Shown: one piece after another, positions 36,231 through 46,600 of the stretch
Layout: each line of letters opens with the position of its first letter
How positions within the stretch are numbered: the first letter of the stretch is position 1
From: Hyphomonadaceae bacterium
GTDB lineage: Bacteria; Pseudomonadota; Alphaproteobacteria; Caulobacterales; Hyphomonadaceae
NCBI GenBank assembly: GCA_030158285.1
Contig: JAOATF010000017.1
Location: 5,373 to 69,372, forward strand
Direction of reading: 5' to 3'
Length of the DNA: 64,000 nt
Translations under genes and position numbers: made by a program
Notes under the pieces: model-generated
What the model was told of the DNA's origin: nothing
Databases searched by the model: none
The model's input: only the letters and a program-made list of their open reading frames with translations

Positions 36231-37757
36231 TCATTTCGTCGGCAGCTTGCGCCTGACGAATTCCCGGGCCCGCGATAGCGCCTTCATGACCATATGGCGG
36301 CCCTGCACGGAAGGCTGCCTGGCCGCCCGTCTTGCCAGCGAAATGCCAGCCCAGATGCCGACGCTTCCGGCTTCCTCCGGCTGGCACTCCATGAAGCGGC
36401 GGCGCTGCTCCGGCGTGGCCTTTGCGAGGGTCGCCAGCACAATGGCGTTGATCGCTTCGTCAGCGTACGGGTTTGCCTCGTCGCAGAGACGTCCGGCGAG
36501 CCGTGCAAGGCTTTCGGGCGAGGTCCGCAGCACGCCACGGACAGTCGCAAGATAGCGGTCATAGTCGGCCTTGCCGAACGGTCGCACGCTGCCACCTGCG
36601 AGCGCCTCGTCGCGGAGGCGAGGCAGCTGCCGGGCAAGGATCGCAACGGATTCGTGCTGCATCGGATCGAAGCGGGCAGCGCAGTCATGTGCGATGCCCA
36701 TGAACACGCGGGCGCAGGTCGCGACATAGCCGCGATGCCGTGTTTCGACGATTGCCATGTCACGTGGTTGGGGGACGCGGTTTGCGAACTCACGCAACCG
36801 CGCAACGAGTTCGCCCGGGTCGCGCGGATCGAAGAACGAGCACCCGGGAGGGGATTGTTCCCGATGGACCGGAATGTCGGACAGGATCGATGGAATGGCG
36901 AGGGCGCGTGCTTCCTCGACGAAGGTGCTCCACCCCTCGAACAGGCTTGGCTGGATGATGCCTGCGGCGCCCATCATGAGGTCCACCTGATCGGCCCGGT
37001 CGATCCGGCCTGTCAGCGTCACGCGGCTTGCGACGTTGGGTTGCGACAGTATCTCCTGCACCTTGGCGCCGTAGTCGGGCCAGCGCTCGTCTTCCAGCGC
37101 TCCCGTCATCACCACGTGAACGTCCAGATCGGCGGCGCGGGCGAGGGCTTCGGCTACGACGAGGTGGTTCTTGTGCTTCCAGAACTGGTTACAGACGATC
37201 AGGTAGCCGTCAGGAATCCCCAGCCTGGCGCGGGTTGCGGCGAGTTGTGTGGGGGTGCGGTGATACTGCTCGTTCTCGATGACGGCCGGAAAGCGGAAGA
37301 CGCGCAGGGCCGCGCCCGGCTCGCGCCCGAGAATCCGGCGCGTATCGTCGATCGCCTGCTGGCTGGAGAAGATGCAGACAGCGGGCCCCTCAGCCAGCGT
37401 CCGGTATTGCAGGAACCGCCGCGCGCGCTCCTCGGGGGAGAACAACTCCGGATAATGTTCGCACTGCCAGTCGGGAATCCATCCGCCCCACGGCGCTTCA
37501 AAAGGGGCTTCGGCGATCTGTGTCGCGGGAAAAACGAAATCGAGGCGAAGTTCGCCGGCCCGATCAAACGCGTCGATCTCGTCAGCCAGGTGACGGTTCC
37601 TGTTCGCGATCTCCAAAGCTTCAGGCGTCGCCGTCAGGAAGACGACCACCGGTCTTTCCCCGGGCGGAAGTTCCCGCAGCATCCGCGCTATGTTGAGAAC
37701 GTAATTGACGCCCCCCAGCCATGACTGGTTGTAGAACAGCCGAAGTCCAATTCGCAT
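36231..37757 (-). CDS. Glycosyltransferase family 1 (GT-B) with extra N- and C-terminal regions
   Basis: GT-B C-terminal signature PSLFEGWSTFVEEARALAIPSILSDIPVHRE. About 150 aa of additional C-terminal sequence have unknown function. Start at MRIGLRLF (37757); the ORF is open to 37796. Confidence 0.7.
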   Translation of the reverse strand: MRIGLRLFYNQSWLGGVNYVLNIARMLRELPPGERPVVVFLTATPEALEIANRNRHLADEIDAFDRAGELRLDFVFPATQIAEAPFEAPWGGWIPDWQCEHYPELFSPEERARRFLQYRTLAEGPAVCIFSSQQAIDDTRRILGREPGAALRVFRFPAVIENEQYHRTPTQLAATRARLGIPDGYLIVCNQFWKHKNHLVVAEALARAADLDVHVVMTGALEDERWPDYGAKVQEILSQPNVASRVTLTGRIDRADQVDLMMGAAGIIQPSLFEGWSTFVEEARALAIPSILSDIPVHREQSPPGCSFFDPRDPGELVARLREFANRVPQPRDMAIVETRHRGYVATCARVFMGIAHDCAARFDPMQHESVAILARQLPRLRDEALAGGSVRPFGKADYDRYLATVRGVLRTSPESLARLAGRLCDEANPYADEAINAIVLATLAKATPEQRRRFMECQPEEAGSVGIWAGISLARRAARQPSVQGRHMVMKALSRAREFVRRKLPTK

Positions 37758-37831
37758 TGTCCGCTTGCCCGCGCCCCGTCTTCCCAGCAAAAACATTAGC
37801 CGTGATCTCGCGACATAGGCTAGGCCTCCAG

Positions 37832-37861
37832 AACAACACTACATCGAACAACACTACATCA
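37832..37861. repeat. Perfect tandem direct repeat, 2 x 15 bp (GAACAACACTACATC), in a divergent promoter region
   Basis: Copy 1 is 37832-37846 and copy 2 is 37847-37861, identical and abutting. AT-rich relative to the surroundings. It lies between the divergent GT1 (start 37757) and the acetyltransferase (start 37948). Confidence 0.9.
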
Positions 37862-37947
37862 AAGTTGGTTAGCCTCGCACTTGATATGACGCGAGCTACT
37901 TATTAGTCACTGTGGGCCGCATGCGGGTCATGTGCGTGGGGAACGAG

Positions 37948-38652
37948 ATGAGCCGGCCGGTCAGTCCAGGGGATCATGCCTTCGCGAACGGCCCGGTGTT
38001 TTCGCGCGTCACCACAAAGGCTGAAGCTGTCGCGGCGCTATCCGGGCCTCACGGTCACAGCGATCAGGATGCGGACGATCTGCTGGCCGTGTGGCGCCAG
38101 TTCGATGAGGGCGCTGTCCTTGGCGACGGGGTCAAGCTCGGGCTTGGCGCGCGGCTGATCAATCTGGGCCCTCGTGAAAATGTCGTAATGGACGGCGCGT
38201 GCGCTATTCGCGGCATCCTTCGCGCCGAGGCGGGGGGCACGCTGCGCATCGGCAGGTTTGTCTATGTTGGCGATGGCGCAATCGTTTCGTCCCGGAGTTC
38301 CATCTCCATCGGTGAATCGACGCTGCTGGCGCACGGGGTCCAGATCTTCGACAACAATTCGCATCCGACGGCGACGTTCGAGCGGGTGATTCAGTTCCGC
38401 CGCATGCTTGGCGACAAGCGGCTGGCGGCCCCGCTCAACATCGATGCGGCGCCGGTCAACATTGCTCCGCGCTGCTGGATCGGCCTTAACAGCCTGGTCC
38501 TGAAGGGTGTATCGATTGGCGAGGATACGATCGTGGCCGCAGCTTCCGTGGTCTCGCGGTCTCTGGAGGCGGGCGTCGTCGCTGCTGGAAATCCCGCGCA
38601 GGTTGTCAGGGTGTTGACGGCCGAGGAACGGGCAATGCCAGCTGGCGCATGA
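37948..38652 (+). CDS. Left-handed beta-helix (hexapeptide-repeat) O-acetyltransferase
   Basis: Hexapeptide repeats IGRFVYVGDGAIVSS..ISIGESTLLAHGVQIFDNNSHP..IAPRCWIGLNSLVLKGVSIGEDTIVAAASVV..AAGNPA. GGGGA RBS upstream. Confidence 0.85.
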   Translation: MSRPVSPGDHAFANGPVFSRVTTKAEAVAALSGPHGHSDQDADDLLAVWRQFDEGAVLGDGVKLGLGARLINLGPRENVVMDGACAIRGILRAEAGGTLRIGRFVYVGDGAIVSSRSSISIGESTLLAHGVQIFDNNSHPTATFERVIQFRRMLGDKRLAAPLNIDAAPVNIAPRCWIGLNSLVLKGVSIGEDTIVAAASVVSRSLEAGVVAAGNPAQVVRVLTAEERAMPAGA

Positions 38653-38689
38653 CGCCGCGCGGGCTTGGGTAATTTATGAGGTTGAGCGA

Positions 38690-39529
38690 ATGAGCACGAA
38701 AGCTGAGCGGTTTGGTCCGCTGCCGAGCACCGCGGTCCTTCCCGAGCCGGTCTACACGACGAACGCCCGCCGCTCGTCCTTCGTGTGCTCGCCGCCTGTG
38801 AAGCAGGGCGACACGGAATGGTATCCGCCCGTGATGATCGGCGCCGCCGCCATCGGCGGAGCGATCGCGCGTGATTGCGAAGTCTACATTCACCGCGCGC
38901 TCGATATCATGTCGCGGCTCGAGCCGGATGCCTACCTGCAGTACCTCAACGGCTATTATCGCGAAGGGTTGCGCCGCTTTGGACGCGACTGGGGCTATGC
39001 AGACATCGTCACGGCCGTTCTTGGCCTGTCGGAACGCCTGAAGCCGGAAAGCTATCTCGAGATTGGCGTGCGCCGCGGACGGAGCGTGTGTTCCGTGGCC
39101 AGCATCCGTCCCGACATCGACATCGCGATGTTCGACATGTGGGTCACCAACTATGCCGGCATGGACAATCCCGGTGAGACCCACGTCCGCGCGGAGCTCG
39201 ACAAGTTCGGCCACAAGGGCAAGCGCGAGTTCATCAATGGCAACTCGCACGTCACGTTGAAGAAGTACTTCGCGGACAATCCCAACGCCTATTTCGACAT
39301 GATCACCGTCGATGGCGACCATTCCAACCTGGGCGCCGCCGAGGATATTGCCGACGTGCTGCCGCGCCTGTCGATCGGCGGATGCGTGGTGTTCGACGAT
39401 ACCTGCAACCCCAACGTGGCGGGACTGAGCGAAGTCTGGCGCCGGATGGTCGGCGACAATCCGCGTTTTGCCGCCTACACGTATTCCGATGTCGGGTACG
39501 GCATCGGATTCGCAATCCGCAAATACTGA
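38690..39529 (+). CDS. Class I SAM-dependent methyltransferase (Methyltransf_24/CmcI-like)
   Basis: YLEIGVRRGRSV (motif I-like), FDMITVDGDHSNLGAAEDI, LSIGGCVVFDD. Paralogous to the C-terminal domain of the 43651-47439 product. Confidence 0.75.
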   Translation: MSTKAERFGPLPSTAVLPEPVYTTNARRSSFVCSPPVKQGDTEWYPPVMIGAAAIGGAIARDCEVYIHRALDIMSRLEPDAYLQYLNGYYREGLRRFGRDWGYADIVTAVLGLSERLKPESYLEIGVRRGRSVCSVASIRPDIDIAMFDMWVTNYAGMDNPGETHVRAELDKFGHKGKREFINGNSHVTLKKYFADNPNAYFDMITVDGDHSNLGAAEDIADVLPRLSIGGCVVFDDTCNPNVAGLSEVWRRMVGDNPRFAAYTYSDVGYGIGFAIRKY

Positions 39530-39537
39530 TCGCGGCG

Positions 39538-41223
39538 ATGTCGACGCTGACAGCGCCGCCGGCTTTTCCAGGCGCCAAGGCGCCTTTTGCGCCGGAAAAA
39601 AATTTCCCGAACTGGCCAGACCTTGTGGCCGCGTCCGGTGATGTCTGGAAGCAGGCGATCGCGCGCGCGCGTGGACCCAAGGTCCTGGTCTGCACCAATA
39701 CCGGCATGCACGGCGCCGTATCGACTTTCGACACGGTGCTTTCGGTCGGGCTCACCCTCGCGGGCGCACGGACATCGCGCGTGTTCTGCGATGGCATCAT
39801 GCCCGCCTGTCTGATGTCCACGTTTGGCGATGCGACACCGCCTGACATGATTGCTGACAGAGGGCTTGTCGCGCGGCTGTGCAAGGCGTGCCTCAACCGC
39901 GGCACGAACTCGGCCCGGCCTGTGGGCTTGCCCGAGCACAGGCTCTCGAGCTTCCTGAAGCGCGAGGATTACAAGGAAGCCGAGGCGCTTGCGGGGCGAA
40001 TTCCCGTTGCCGAAATCCGGTCATGGACGCTCGATGGCATCGCCGTTGGCGAGCATGCTTACGCCGGCGCGCTGCGCTACTTCGCGACGGGCGATCTGGT
40101 GGGGCAGGTGCGTGGCAAGGACGTCCTGCGGCGCTACCTCGAAGGCGCGATCCTCACGGCGCGCGCCTATGACAGGTTGATCGCCGCCGAACGGCCGGAC
40201 GTGGCTGTGCTCCATCATGGCATCTACAGTCCGCAGGGTGTGGCCGCCGAAGTGTGCCGAAAGCACGGCGTCCGGGTGGTGACCTGGGTCGTGGCCTACC
40301 GCAAGAACTGCTTCATTCTCAGCCACGACGACACCTATCACCACACGCTGATGACCGAGCCCGTCGAACAGTGGGAAGGTCTTGCCCTGTCCGAAGCGCA
40401 GACTTCGCTGGTCCACAGCTATCTCGCGAGCCGTGCGTCGGGCGGGCGCGACTGGATATATTTCCACAAGGATGCCGGACAGGATTTCGAGGCGCTTGCC
40501 TCAGCCAAAGGCATCGACCGCTCGAAGCCGGTGGTGAGCGCCTTCACGAACGTGGTGTGGGACGCCCAGCTTCACTATCCCGCCAACGTCTATTCCGGGA
40601 TGATCGAATGGCTGGTTGAAACCGTCCGGCATTTTGCGGCGCGCCCGGACATCGAGTTCGTCGTGCGAATCCATCCTGCTGAAACGCGCGGCGCGATCAA
40701 GTCACGGCAGCTCGCGGTCGATGAGATCGCAAAGGCATTTCCGAACCTGCCGCGCAACATCCACGTCATCGGGCCGGAAGAGGAGGCAAACTCCTATGCG
40801 CTGGCGAAGGCGAGCAATGCCACGATCATCTACGGCACAAAGATGGGCACGGAGCTCGCGCCGCTCGGCATTCCGGTCATCGTCGCCGGTGAAGCGTGGA
40901 TCAAGAACAAGGGCGTGACCCGCGACCCACGCGATCGCGCCGACTACCTGGCGCTACTGGACCAGCTGCCGATCGCTTCAGGCGCCTGGGCGCCGGATGT
41001 CGCGCGCGCGGAGAAGTATGCTTACCACTTCTTCTTCCGGCGCATGATCCCGCTGCCGTTCCTGGAGCCGAATGGCACCGGCGCCATGTTCGATCTCAAG
41101 GTCGACGCCTTGCAGGACCTGTCACCGGGGCGCTGGCCCGGGTTCGATGCGATCACGAACGGGATCCTGAATGGAGCACCGTTCGTCTATCGCGCCGAGG
41201 ATTTCGGCGTACACGACGCCTAG
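39538..41223 (+). CDS. Putative glycosyltransferase, paralogue B. Tentatively KpsS/KpsC (Capsule_synth)-like.
   Basis: See 31013-32755. Both share a Cys cluster (FCDGIMPAC...LCKACLNRG versus QCDAALSAC...FCSVCQSAG). Start taken at MSTLTAPP (39538); the ORF is open from 39382, overlapping the methyltransferase. Confidence 0.45.
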   Translation: MSTLTAPPAFPGAKAPFAPEKNFPNWPDLVAASGDVWKQAIARARGPKVLVCTNTGMHGAVSTFDTVLSVGLTLAGARTSRVFCDGIMPACLMSTFGDATPPDMIADRGLVARLCKACLNRGTNSARPVGLPEHRLSSFLKREDYKEAEALAGRIPVAEIRSWTLDGIAVGEHAYAGALRYFATGDLVGQVRGKDVLRRYLEGAILTARAYDRLIAAERPDVAVLHHGIYSPQGVAAEVCRKHGVRVVTWVVAYRKNCFILSHDDTYHHTLMTEPVEQWEGLALSEAQTSLVHSYLASRASGGRDWIYFHKDAGQDFEALASAKGIDRSKPVVSAFTNVVWDAQLHYPANVYSGMIEWLVETVRHFAARPDIEFVVRIHPAETRGAIKSRQLAVDEIAKAFPNLPRNIHVIGPEEEANSYALAKASNATIIYGTKMGTELAPLGIPVIVAGEAWIKNKGVTRDPRDRADYLALLDQLPIASGAWAPDVARAEKYAYHFFFRRMIPLPFLEPNGTGAMFDLKVDALQDLSPGRWPGFDAITNGILNGAPFVYRAEDFGVHDA

Positions 41224-41957
41224 GTCGACATCGGGGGCGCGGAATAGCCCGAGTGTTTCCAGACCGGATGATCATCGCGCACGAAGAACATGTGAAACTG
41301 CCACAGCACGTTGTCGCCCGGCCGGTGCAGGGGGTCGCATATGTCGATGCAGCGGAAGCCAAGCGACTTCATGTGAAGTGACATTTCGTCGAACGTCAGG
41401 TTCTTGCCGCCGACAAACTTCAGCTTGAAGTTGTAGACCTCCATCATGATCAGGGACGTGTTTTTCAGCGTTTCCGTGCATCCGGCCAGGATGTCGAGCT
41501 CGACGCCGTGCGTGTCGAACTTCAGGAAGTAAGGGCCGGGCAGGTCGAACTCGCGGACCAGGGTGTCGATCTTTTTTATGGGCGTGGCCTGAGAGTCCGC
41601 CGCCTTGTTCCCGGAATCGAGAAATCCGCCGACGTCGTTGCCCTTTCTGAAAAAGCCCTCGCCATCTTCCGGCCCTGCGGCGCAGACCGTCCCCTTGATG
41701 CGCGGGTTCTTGCGGGTGAGGTCGTTCCACACAGGCACGAAGCGCGAGTCGAGATCGATCAGCAGAGCGTGCATGCCCGGCCAGAACTGTTCGAAGAATG
41801 GTGCGTCGTCACCACGGCCGGAGCCAATCGCGACAAGACTCCCGACAGCAAGCAGCCCTTTCAAGCGCTGCATCGAAGCATTGACGGTCGCGATGTTGTC
41901 GCTGTTCGGCGGAGGAGGGACCGCGTTCTTTCTCGCTTTGGACCACGGCCAAGACAT
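41220..41957 (-). CDS. FkbM-family methyltransferase
   Basis: VAIGSGRGDDAPFF, ALLIDLDSRF, YFLKFDTHGVELDILAGC: layout typical of Methyltransf_21. Start taken at MSWPWSK (41957); the upstream part of the ORF is Arg/Ser-rich and implausible as coding. Confidence 0.7.
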   Translation of the reverse strand: MSWPWSKARKNAVPPPPNSDNIATVNASMQRLKGLLAVGSLVAIGSGRGDDAPFFEQFWPGMHALLIDLDSRFVPVWNDLTRKNPRIKGTVCAAGPEDGEGFFRKGNDVGGFLDSGNKAADSQATPIKKIDTLVREFDLPGPYFLKFDTHGVELDILAGCTETLKNTSLIMMEVYNFKLKFVGGKNLTFDEMSLHMKSLGFRCIDICDPLHRPGDNVLWQFHMFFVRDDHPVWKHSGYSAPPMST

Positions 41958-42036
41958 CGTCAAAGCATCCGCCTCTATGCGCCGGCCGCAGTTCTCACTC
42001 GCGCGCGTTTGGGACACCCAAGCGCCTGATCGAAAA

Positions 42037-43251
42037 CTATTGTCCCGGCAATGATCCCAAAACGCCCGAGGTGAGCTCTTCGCGCTCCCACACCGCCGAC
42101 TGTCGAACGAGCGCAGTCGCCCCGCGGTGCGCCAAGTCTTGTCGCAAGACGAGTGATTTAGCCAGTGCCTGAAGCTTGGCGACCGCATCATCCATTGAAG
42201 GTTCGGCCCAGCGCTGGCCGCTGCCATAGACGCCGGTTGGGTCGCCGACCGGCACAAGCCGAAAATCGATCAGCAGCGGGGACAGGTCCGCCATGAATTC
42301 CATGTTGCCGGACCAGCCTGTCGCAAGGGCAGGCGTGCCGACGAGGAATGCTTCGGCCAGCGCCAGTCCAAAACCCTCCGAGCGGTGGGGGGAAAGGAAC
42401 AGGTCTACCGATGCGATCAGCGAGAGCATATCGCTCTGGTCGAGCGGCTCCGTCAGCACCTTGACATCAAGGCGGCCTGACAGGCGCTCGCGCAGGTGCG
42501 CCAGCTGGCCGGAATCCGAAGCGAGCGTTTTCAATACCAGGGTCGCCTTGCTTCCCGGCTCCATGGCGCGCCGGACGATCTCCACCGCGCCATCGAGATT
42601 CTTGCGGGTCGTGCTGGAGCGGAAGTCAGACATGACCAGGATGGAAAGTCCGTCAGCCGGGAGGCCCCATCTCGCCTTGTCCGACGCCGGCCTGGCCGTG
42701 CCGATGTCGACGGGGTGGGGCATGATCTTCACGGGCGGGCGTACGCCACCGGCAATCAAGGCGTCGGCGATGAAGCGGCTTGGCGCCCAGATCTCGTGAA
42801 ACAGGTCCGCCGCGCGCCTCCAGCGATCGGGGACAACTGGCAGCTCCCATGCCCAGTAACCAATGCGCAATTTGTGCTTCCATGTATGCGCAGGCGTACG
42901 CGCGAGTACGCGCACGGCCTCGTCCGGGTTGCAGTGAAGGATCAAGGCGCCGCCTTCGCCGTGCTCGGACAGCGGCGCATGATTGCCGGCCAGCAAGTCG
43001 CGGACGTGTACGGATCGGGGCGCCAGTCCGGCTCGCTCAAGCGCCAGCAGAGTGAGATCGCCCGCCCGACCGAGGCCGGTTGGTTCGGTGAAGAAGCCGG
43101 AAACCATGAGCGGTCCGGGTGAGGGAATCACCGGCGCTGAACCAGCCTTGCGCCTGGCGACCAGCACCGCCCATTCGCTCAGCCCGCCGTACACAGCGCC
43201 GAACGCCTTTCGCCGCAACCCTTGCTGAAAGGTGATAGGCAGACGATGCAA
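42037..43251 (-). CDS. Glycosyltransferase family 1 (GT-B)
   Basis: LFLSPHRSEGFGLALAEAFLVGTPALATGWSGNMEF (E-x7-E-type signature). Confidence 0.8.
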   Translation of the reverse strand: MHRLPITFQQGLRRKAFGAVYGGLSEWAVLVARRKAGSAPVIPSPGPLMVSGFFTEPTGLGRAGDLTLLALERAGLAPRSVHVRDLLAGNHAPLSEHGEGGALILHCNPDEAVRVLARTPAHTWKHKLRIGYWAWELPVVPDRWRRAADLFHEIWAPSRFIADALIAGGVRPPVKIMPHPVDIGTARPASDKARWGLPADGLSILVMSDFRSSTTRKNLDGAVEIVRRAMEPGSKATLVLKTLASDSGQLAHLRERLSGRLDVKVLTEPLDQSDMLSLIASVDLFLSPHRSEGFGLALAEAFLVGTPALATGWSGNMEFMADLSPLLIDFRLVPVGDPTGVYGSGQRWAEPSMDDAVAKLQALAKSLVLRQDLAHRGATALVRQSAVWEREELTSGVLGSLPGQ

Positions 43252-43469
43252 ACCGTGAACTCCGGCGAGTGGAACCTGAAATCGAGGCGAGTCTAGGACG
43301 GTTGGTCCATCGTCCGGCTTGTCCTAGGTCCGAAAGCCCACATCGGCCAATTCCTCAACGTCCGATTCATCCACTGCGCCAGCTCGGCTTCTTGGGGCAA
43401 CGCCGAACGGTATATCGCCTAGACGGCGAATGTACCGCGTCATCTTCCCTAACGATAGTATTCTCGTTT

Positions 43470-43494
43470 TTGATGTTTTGCGGCGCGCTATACT
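43470..43494 (+). promoter_or_regulatory. Candidate sigma-70-type promoter for the giant coiled-coil gene
   Basis: TTGATGT-N10-GCTATACT sits in the only AT-rich patch of the 400-bp divergent intergenic region. It partly matches the Caulobacter-type TTGACGS-N10-14-GCTANAWC consensus (two mismatches in the -10 box) and lies ~155 nt upstream of 43651. Confidence 0.25.
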
Positions 43495-43650
43495 TGAGAG
43501 ATTCTTAGGGCAGCTTCGCTACGTCTTGGGTTGCCAGCAGTGTAAGTGGGACTGCTGTGGGAGAGTTTTGCTTCGTGCGTTGCGTTGAGCGTAGATATCT
43601 GGGGCGCGGAGACCGGACAGCCTATGCGGACCGGCTGACGACGATCTGCC

Positions 43651-46600
43651 ATGCGACGCCGGGCGCTTTTGCCGGGGTGCGCGAGCATGGTTGAGCCTCG
43701 CGCAGGACAAGAGCCAGGCGTTGCAGGCGGCAAGCCGATTGCGACCATGGGGTCGCGCGCCGGCGGCCTGTTGCGCTGGATTGTTTCACATGTCGCGCGC
43801 CGCCGCGCGGCCCAGCTGACGCTGGCTGTGCTGGTGATGTTCGTTGCAGCTGTCGTCGTTGCAGTGCTGGGGCCGTGGTCCGGAGAGCAGCGGATCATCT
43901 TTGCGACTGCCGCTGGATTCGTTTTCTTCGGCGGACTGGTTTTCTACCTCGCCTTTCGCTCCTGGGATCTTGCCACGCGGCTGTCGCACGATGCCGCCAA
44001 GGCGAGAGAAATGCTCGCGTCCTTGCAAACGGCTCTGGCTCTGCAGGATCAAAGGTCCGCAACGAGCATCGCGCAGAACGAGAAGCTGGACCATGAGCTG
44101 GGCCTGTTGTGGACCGAGCATGCCGGCGTTGTGGAAAGCTTGAGGGCGACGACGCGGCGGTCGCTGCAGACAAGCGCGCGCCTTGACAAGGCTGCGACCA
44201 CGCTGGGGCTGCTCGATACCCGGGCCAGCGGCATTGATCACGTCAGGGCCCGGGTCGCGGCGCTTGCGCACCGTCAGGCATCGCTGACGGGCGCTCAGGC
44301 AACGCTTGCAGGTCGCGTGGAAGCGGTCACGAAGAATGCGGAGCTTGCGTCCGTGGCGCTTCGCGACATCCGCGGTCAGCAATCCGGTTATGTTCAGGGT
44401 CTGGGCGCTACCAACGCCCAGCTGCTCGATGTCGCCTCCAGGTTTGAAGCCCTTGCGACGATGCTTGAGCAGTGCAGGGGGCAAGTCGCGCAACAGTCTG
44501 TCGGCCAGGCAGCGTTGACAGACGCCGTTGCCGAGCTGCGTGCGATGGCTGGAGCCCTGACAAGCAGGAACGCCAGGAGCGATGCCGCTATCGAGGCGTG
44601 GAGCGCGAAACTCACAGCTGCAACGCGAGAGCAAACCGCCCTGGGCGCAGGTGTCGCCAGGCTGCAGGTCCAGCTGGGCGACATGACGAACCTTCAAGGC
44701 GCGTCGATTTCCGGCTTGACCGAAGTTGTCTCCCGCGTTGCCTCGATCGAGGGCGCCTTTGAACAGGCGCGCGTCTCGGCCGCCGAGCAGTTTGGCGAGG
44801 TCAGTCGGCGAGCCATCTCCATCGAAACGCTGACGCTGTCGGTCCAGGACCGGCTGCTGTCCGACATCGACCGCGCTGTTTCGCTGCTCAACGCGCGAGA
44901 TGCCGCAATCGCGGACGCCTCTGCAATTCTCGATCAGCGGCTTTCGCGCGTCGAGACCGGCATTTCCATTGTCGCCGAACAAGGCGAACTCCCGCTCGTG
45001 CGCATCGGAGAACTCGAAGACCGATTGACGCAAGTGACCGTGTCCAACTTGACCGCGCTTGATGACCTCTCGGCCCATGTCACGTCGCTGAAGGAGCTGG
45101 CGCGTTCCGAGGCGGGGCGCGTCGTCGAGTTGTCGGCGGTCCTGAAAGCGCTTGGCGACTCCGTCTCGGGGTCTTTGCGGGCCTTGGGCGGACAGACAAC
45201 GTCCTTGGAGCAAGGGCTCCAGACCTTATTCCGGCAGATGGACGCGTCTGTGGCAGCATCAGGCCAATCGATGGGCGAGATGGCCGGAAAGCTGGCCACG
45301 CTGGAGCAGGCCTTTGGACATGAATCCGCGCGTGTCGGTGGACTTGTGCAGGCCGTTGTCGAGCTCCGCCAGGGCGTGGAGTCGGCCGGCGCCGACAACG
45401 TCGCCGCAGTCGGCATGATCAACGCGGACATTGCCGCGCTGCTGCAACGGGTCTCAACCTCGTCCGAGGCCCACGCCGCCCACCAGCAGGAGCTGACGCA
45501 ACGGCTGGACCGCCTGCAGGCAAGCAGCCATGCTGAGGGCGAGGCGGCGATCAGACAACTTCGTGACGAGCTGTCCGCCGTCGGGCGCCGGCATCTGGAA
45601 GCTGCGGCTGCGCACGGGGCAGGCCTTGCTGCGCTGGAGGAGCAATCCAGGGATCACATCCTGTCTCTCGAACATGTTCATCGCGCGATCGCGTTCAGCC
45701 AGGATCGCACGGAGATGATTTCGGAACAGATCGGTGAGCTGCAGGGGGCGATCGAAAGCGCCGCTGTGTCGGGAGACGAGGTGTTCGAAGGCCTTGGACA
45801 GCGCATCGACGATCTCAAGCAGCAGCTTGCAGACTCCGTGTCCACCGCCCGCGACGAGCGGGAAGGTGTGGCGGGGCAGCTGGGCGCCCTTCGCAGCCTG
45901 GTCGAGGATACGACGTCTGCGGGGAACGAGGCGGTTCAAGGGGTCAGCCGGCGGATTGACGATCTTGTTCCGAAGGTCGCCGAAAGCGTCACGCTCTCCC
46001 GGCATGTGCAGGAGAAACTGTCCGCGCAGCTGGCCGAACTCCGTGAGGGGACAGGGGCCGAGAAGCGCCGGATCGATGACCTGAAAACCGAACTCGCAAC
46101 TCTGGCCGATCGCCTTGCAGCCGCCGGCGCCACTGTGGAAACGCTTGCTGCTGCCTGGCCAGCGCAGATTGAACAGCTCAAGGCCAGCCTTCCGGATGGC
46201 GCCAAGGCGGCCAAGGCTGCGGCATTGCTGGATACGCTCGAGAAATCGGCTCGTGCGAGCGAGGCCGAAATCGACGTGGTGAAGAAGGGGCTGTCCGAGC
46301 TTTCGCGCAATTTCGGTGCGACCGCGACGTCGTCGCGGCAGGTGATCGAGCAGTTGTCCGATCAGTTCACGTCGCTGCGCGAGGCGATGACGGGAGAGTT
46401 CGGGCGCGTCGGCGGCCTGACATCGCGCCTTGCGTCACTCGAAGGCGCCTTTGAAGGTGCAAGCCGCACGTCCGACCAGGAACTCGCACGCGCCCGGGAC
46501 GGTCTCGAGGATCTGTCCAGCCGGCTTTCGGAAGCGGCTTCAAGCATCGAAGCGCGCCTGTCGGAGCTGACATCAAAGGTATTTGCTGCGGCCGACCTCG

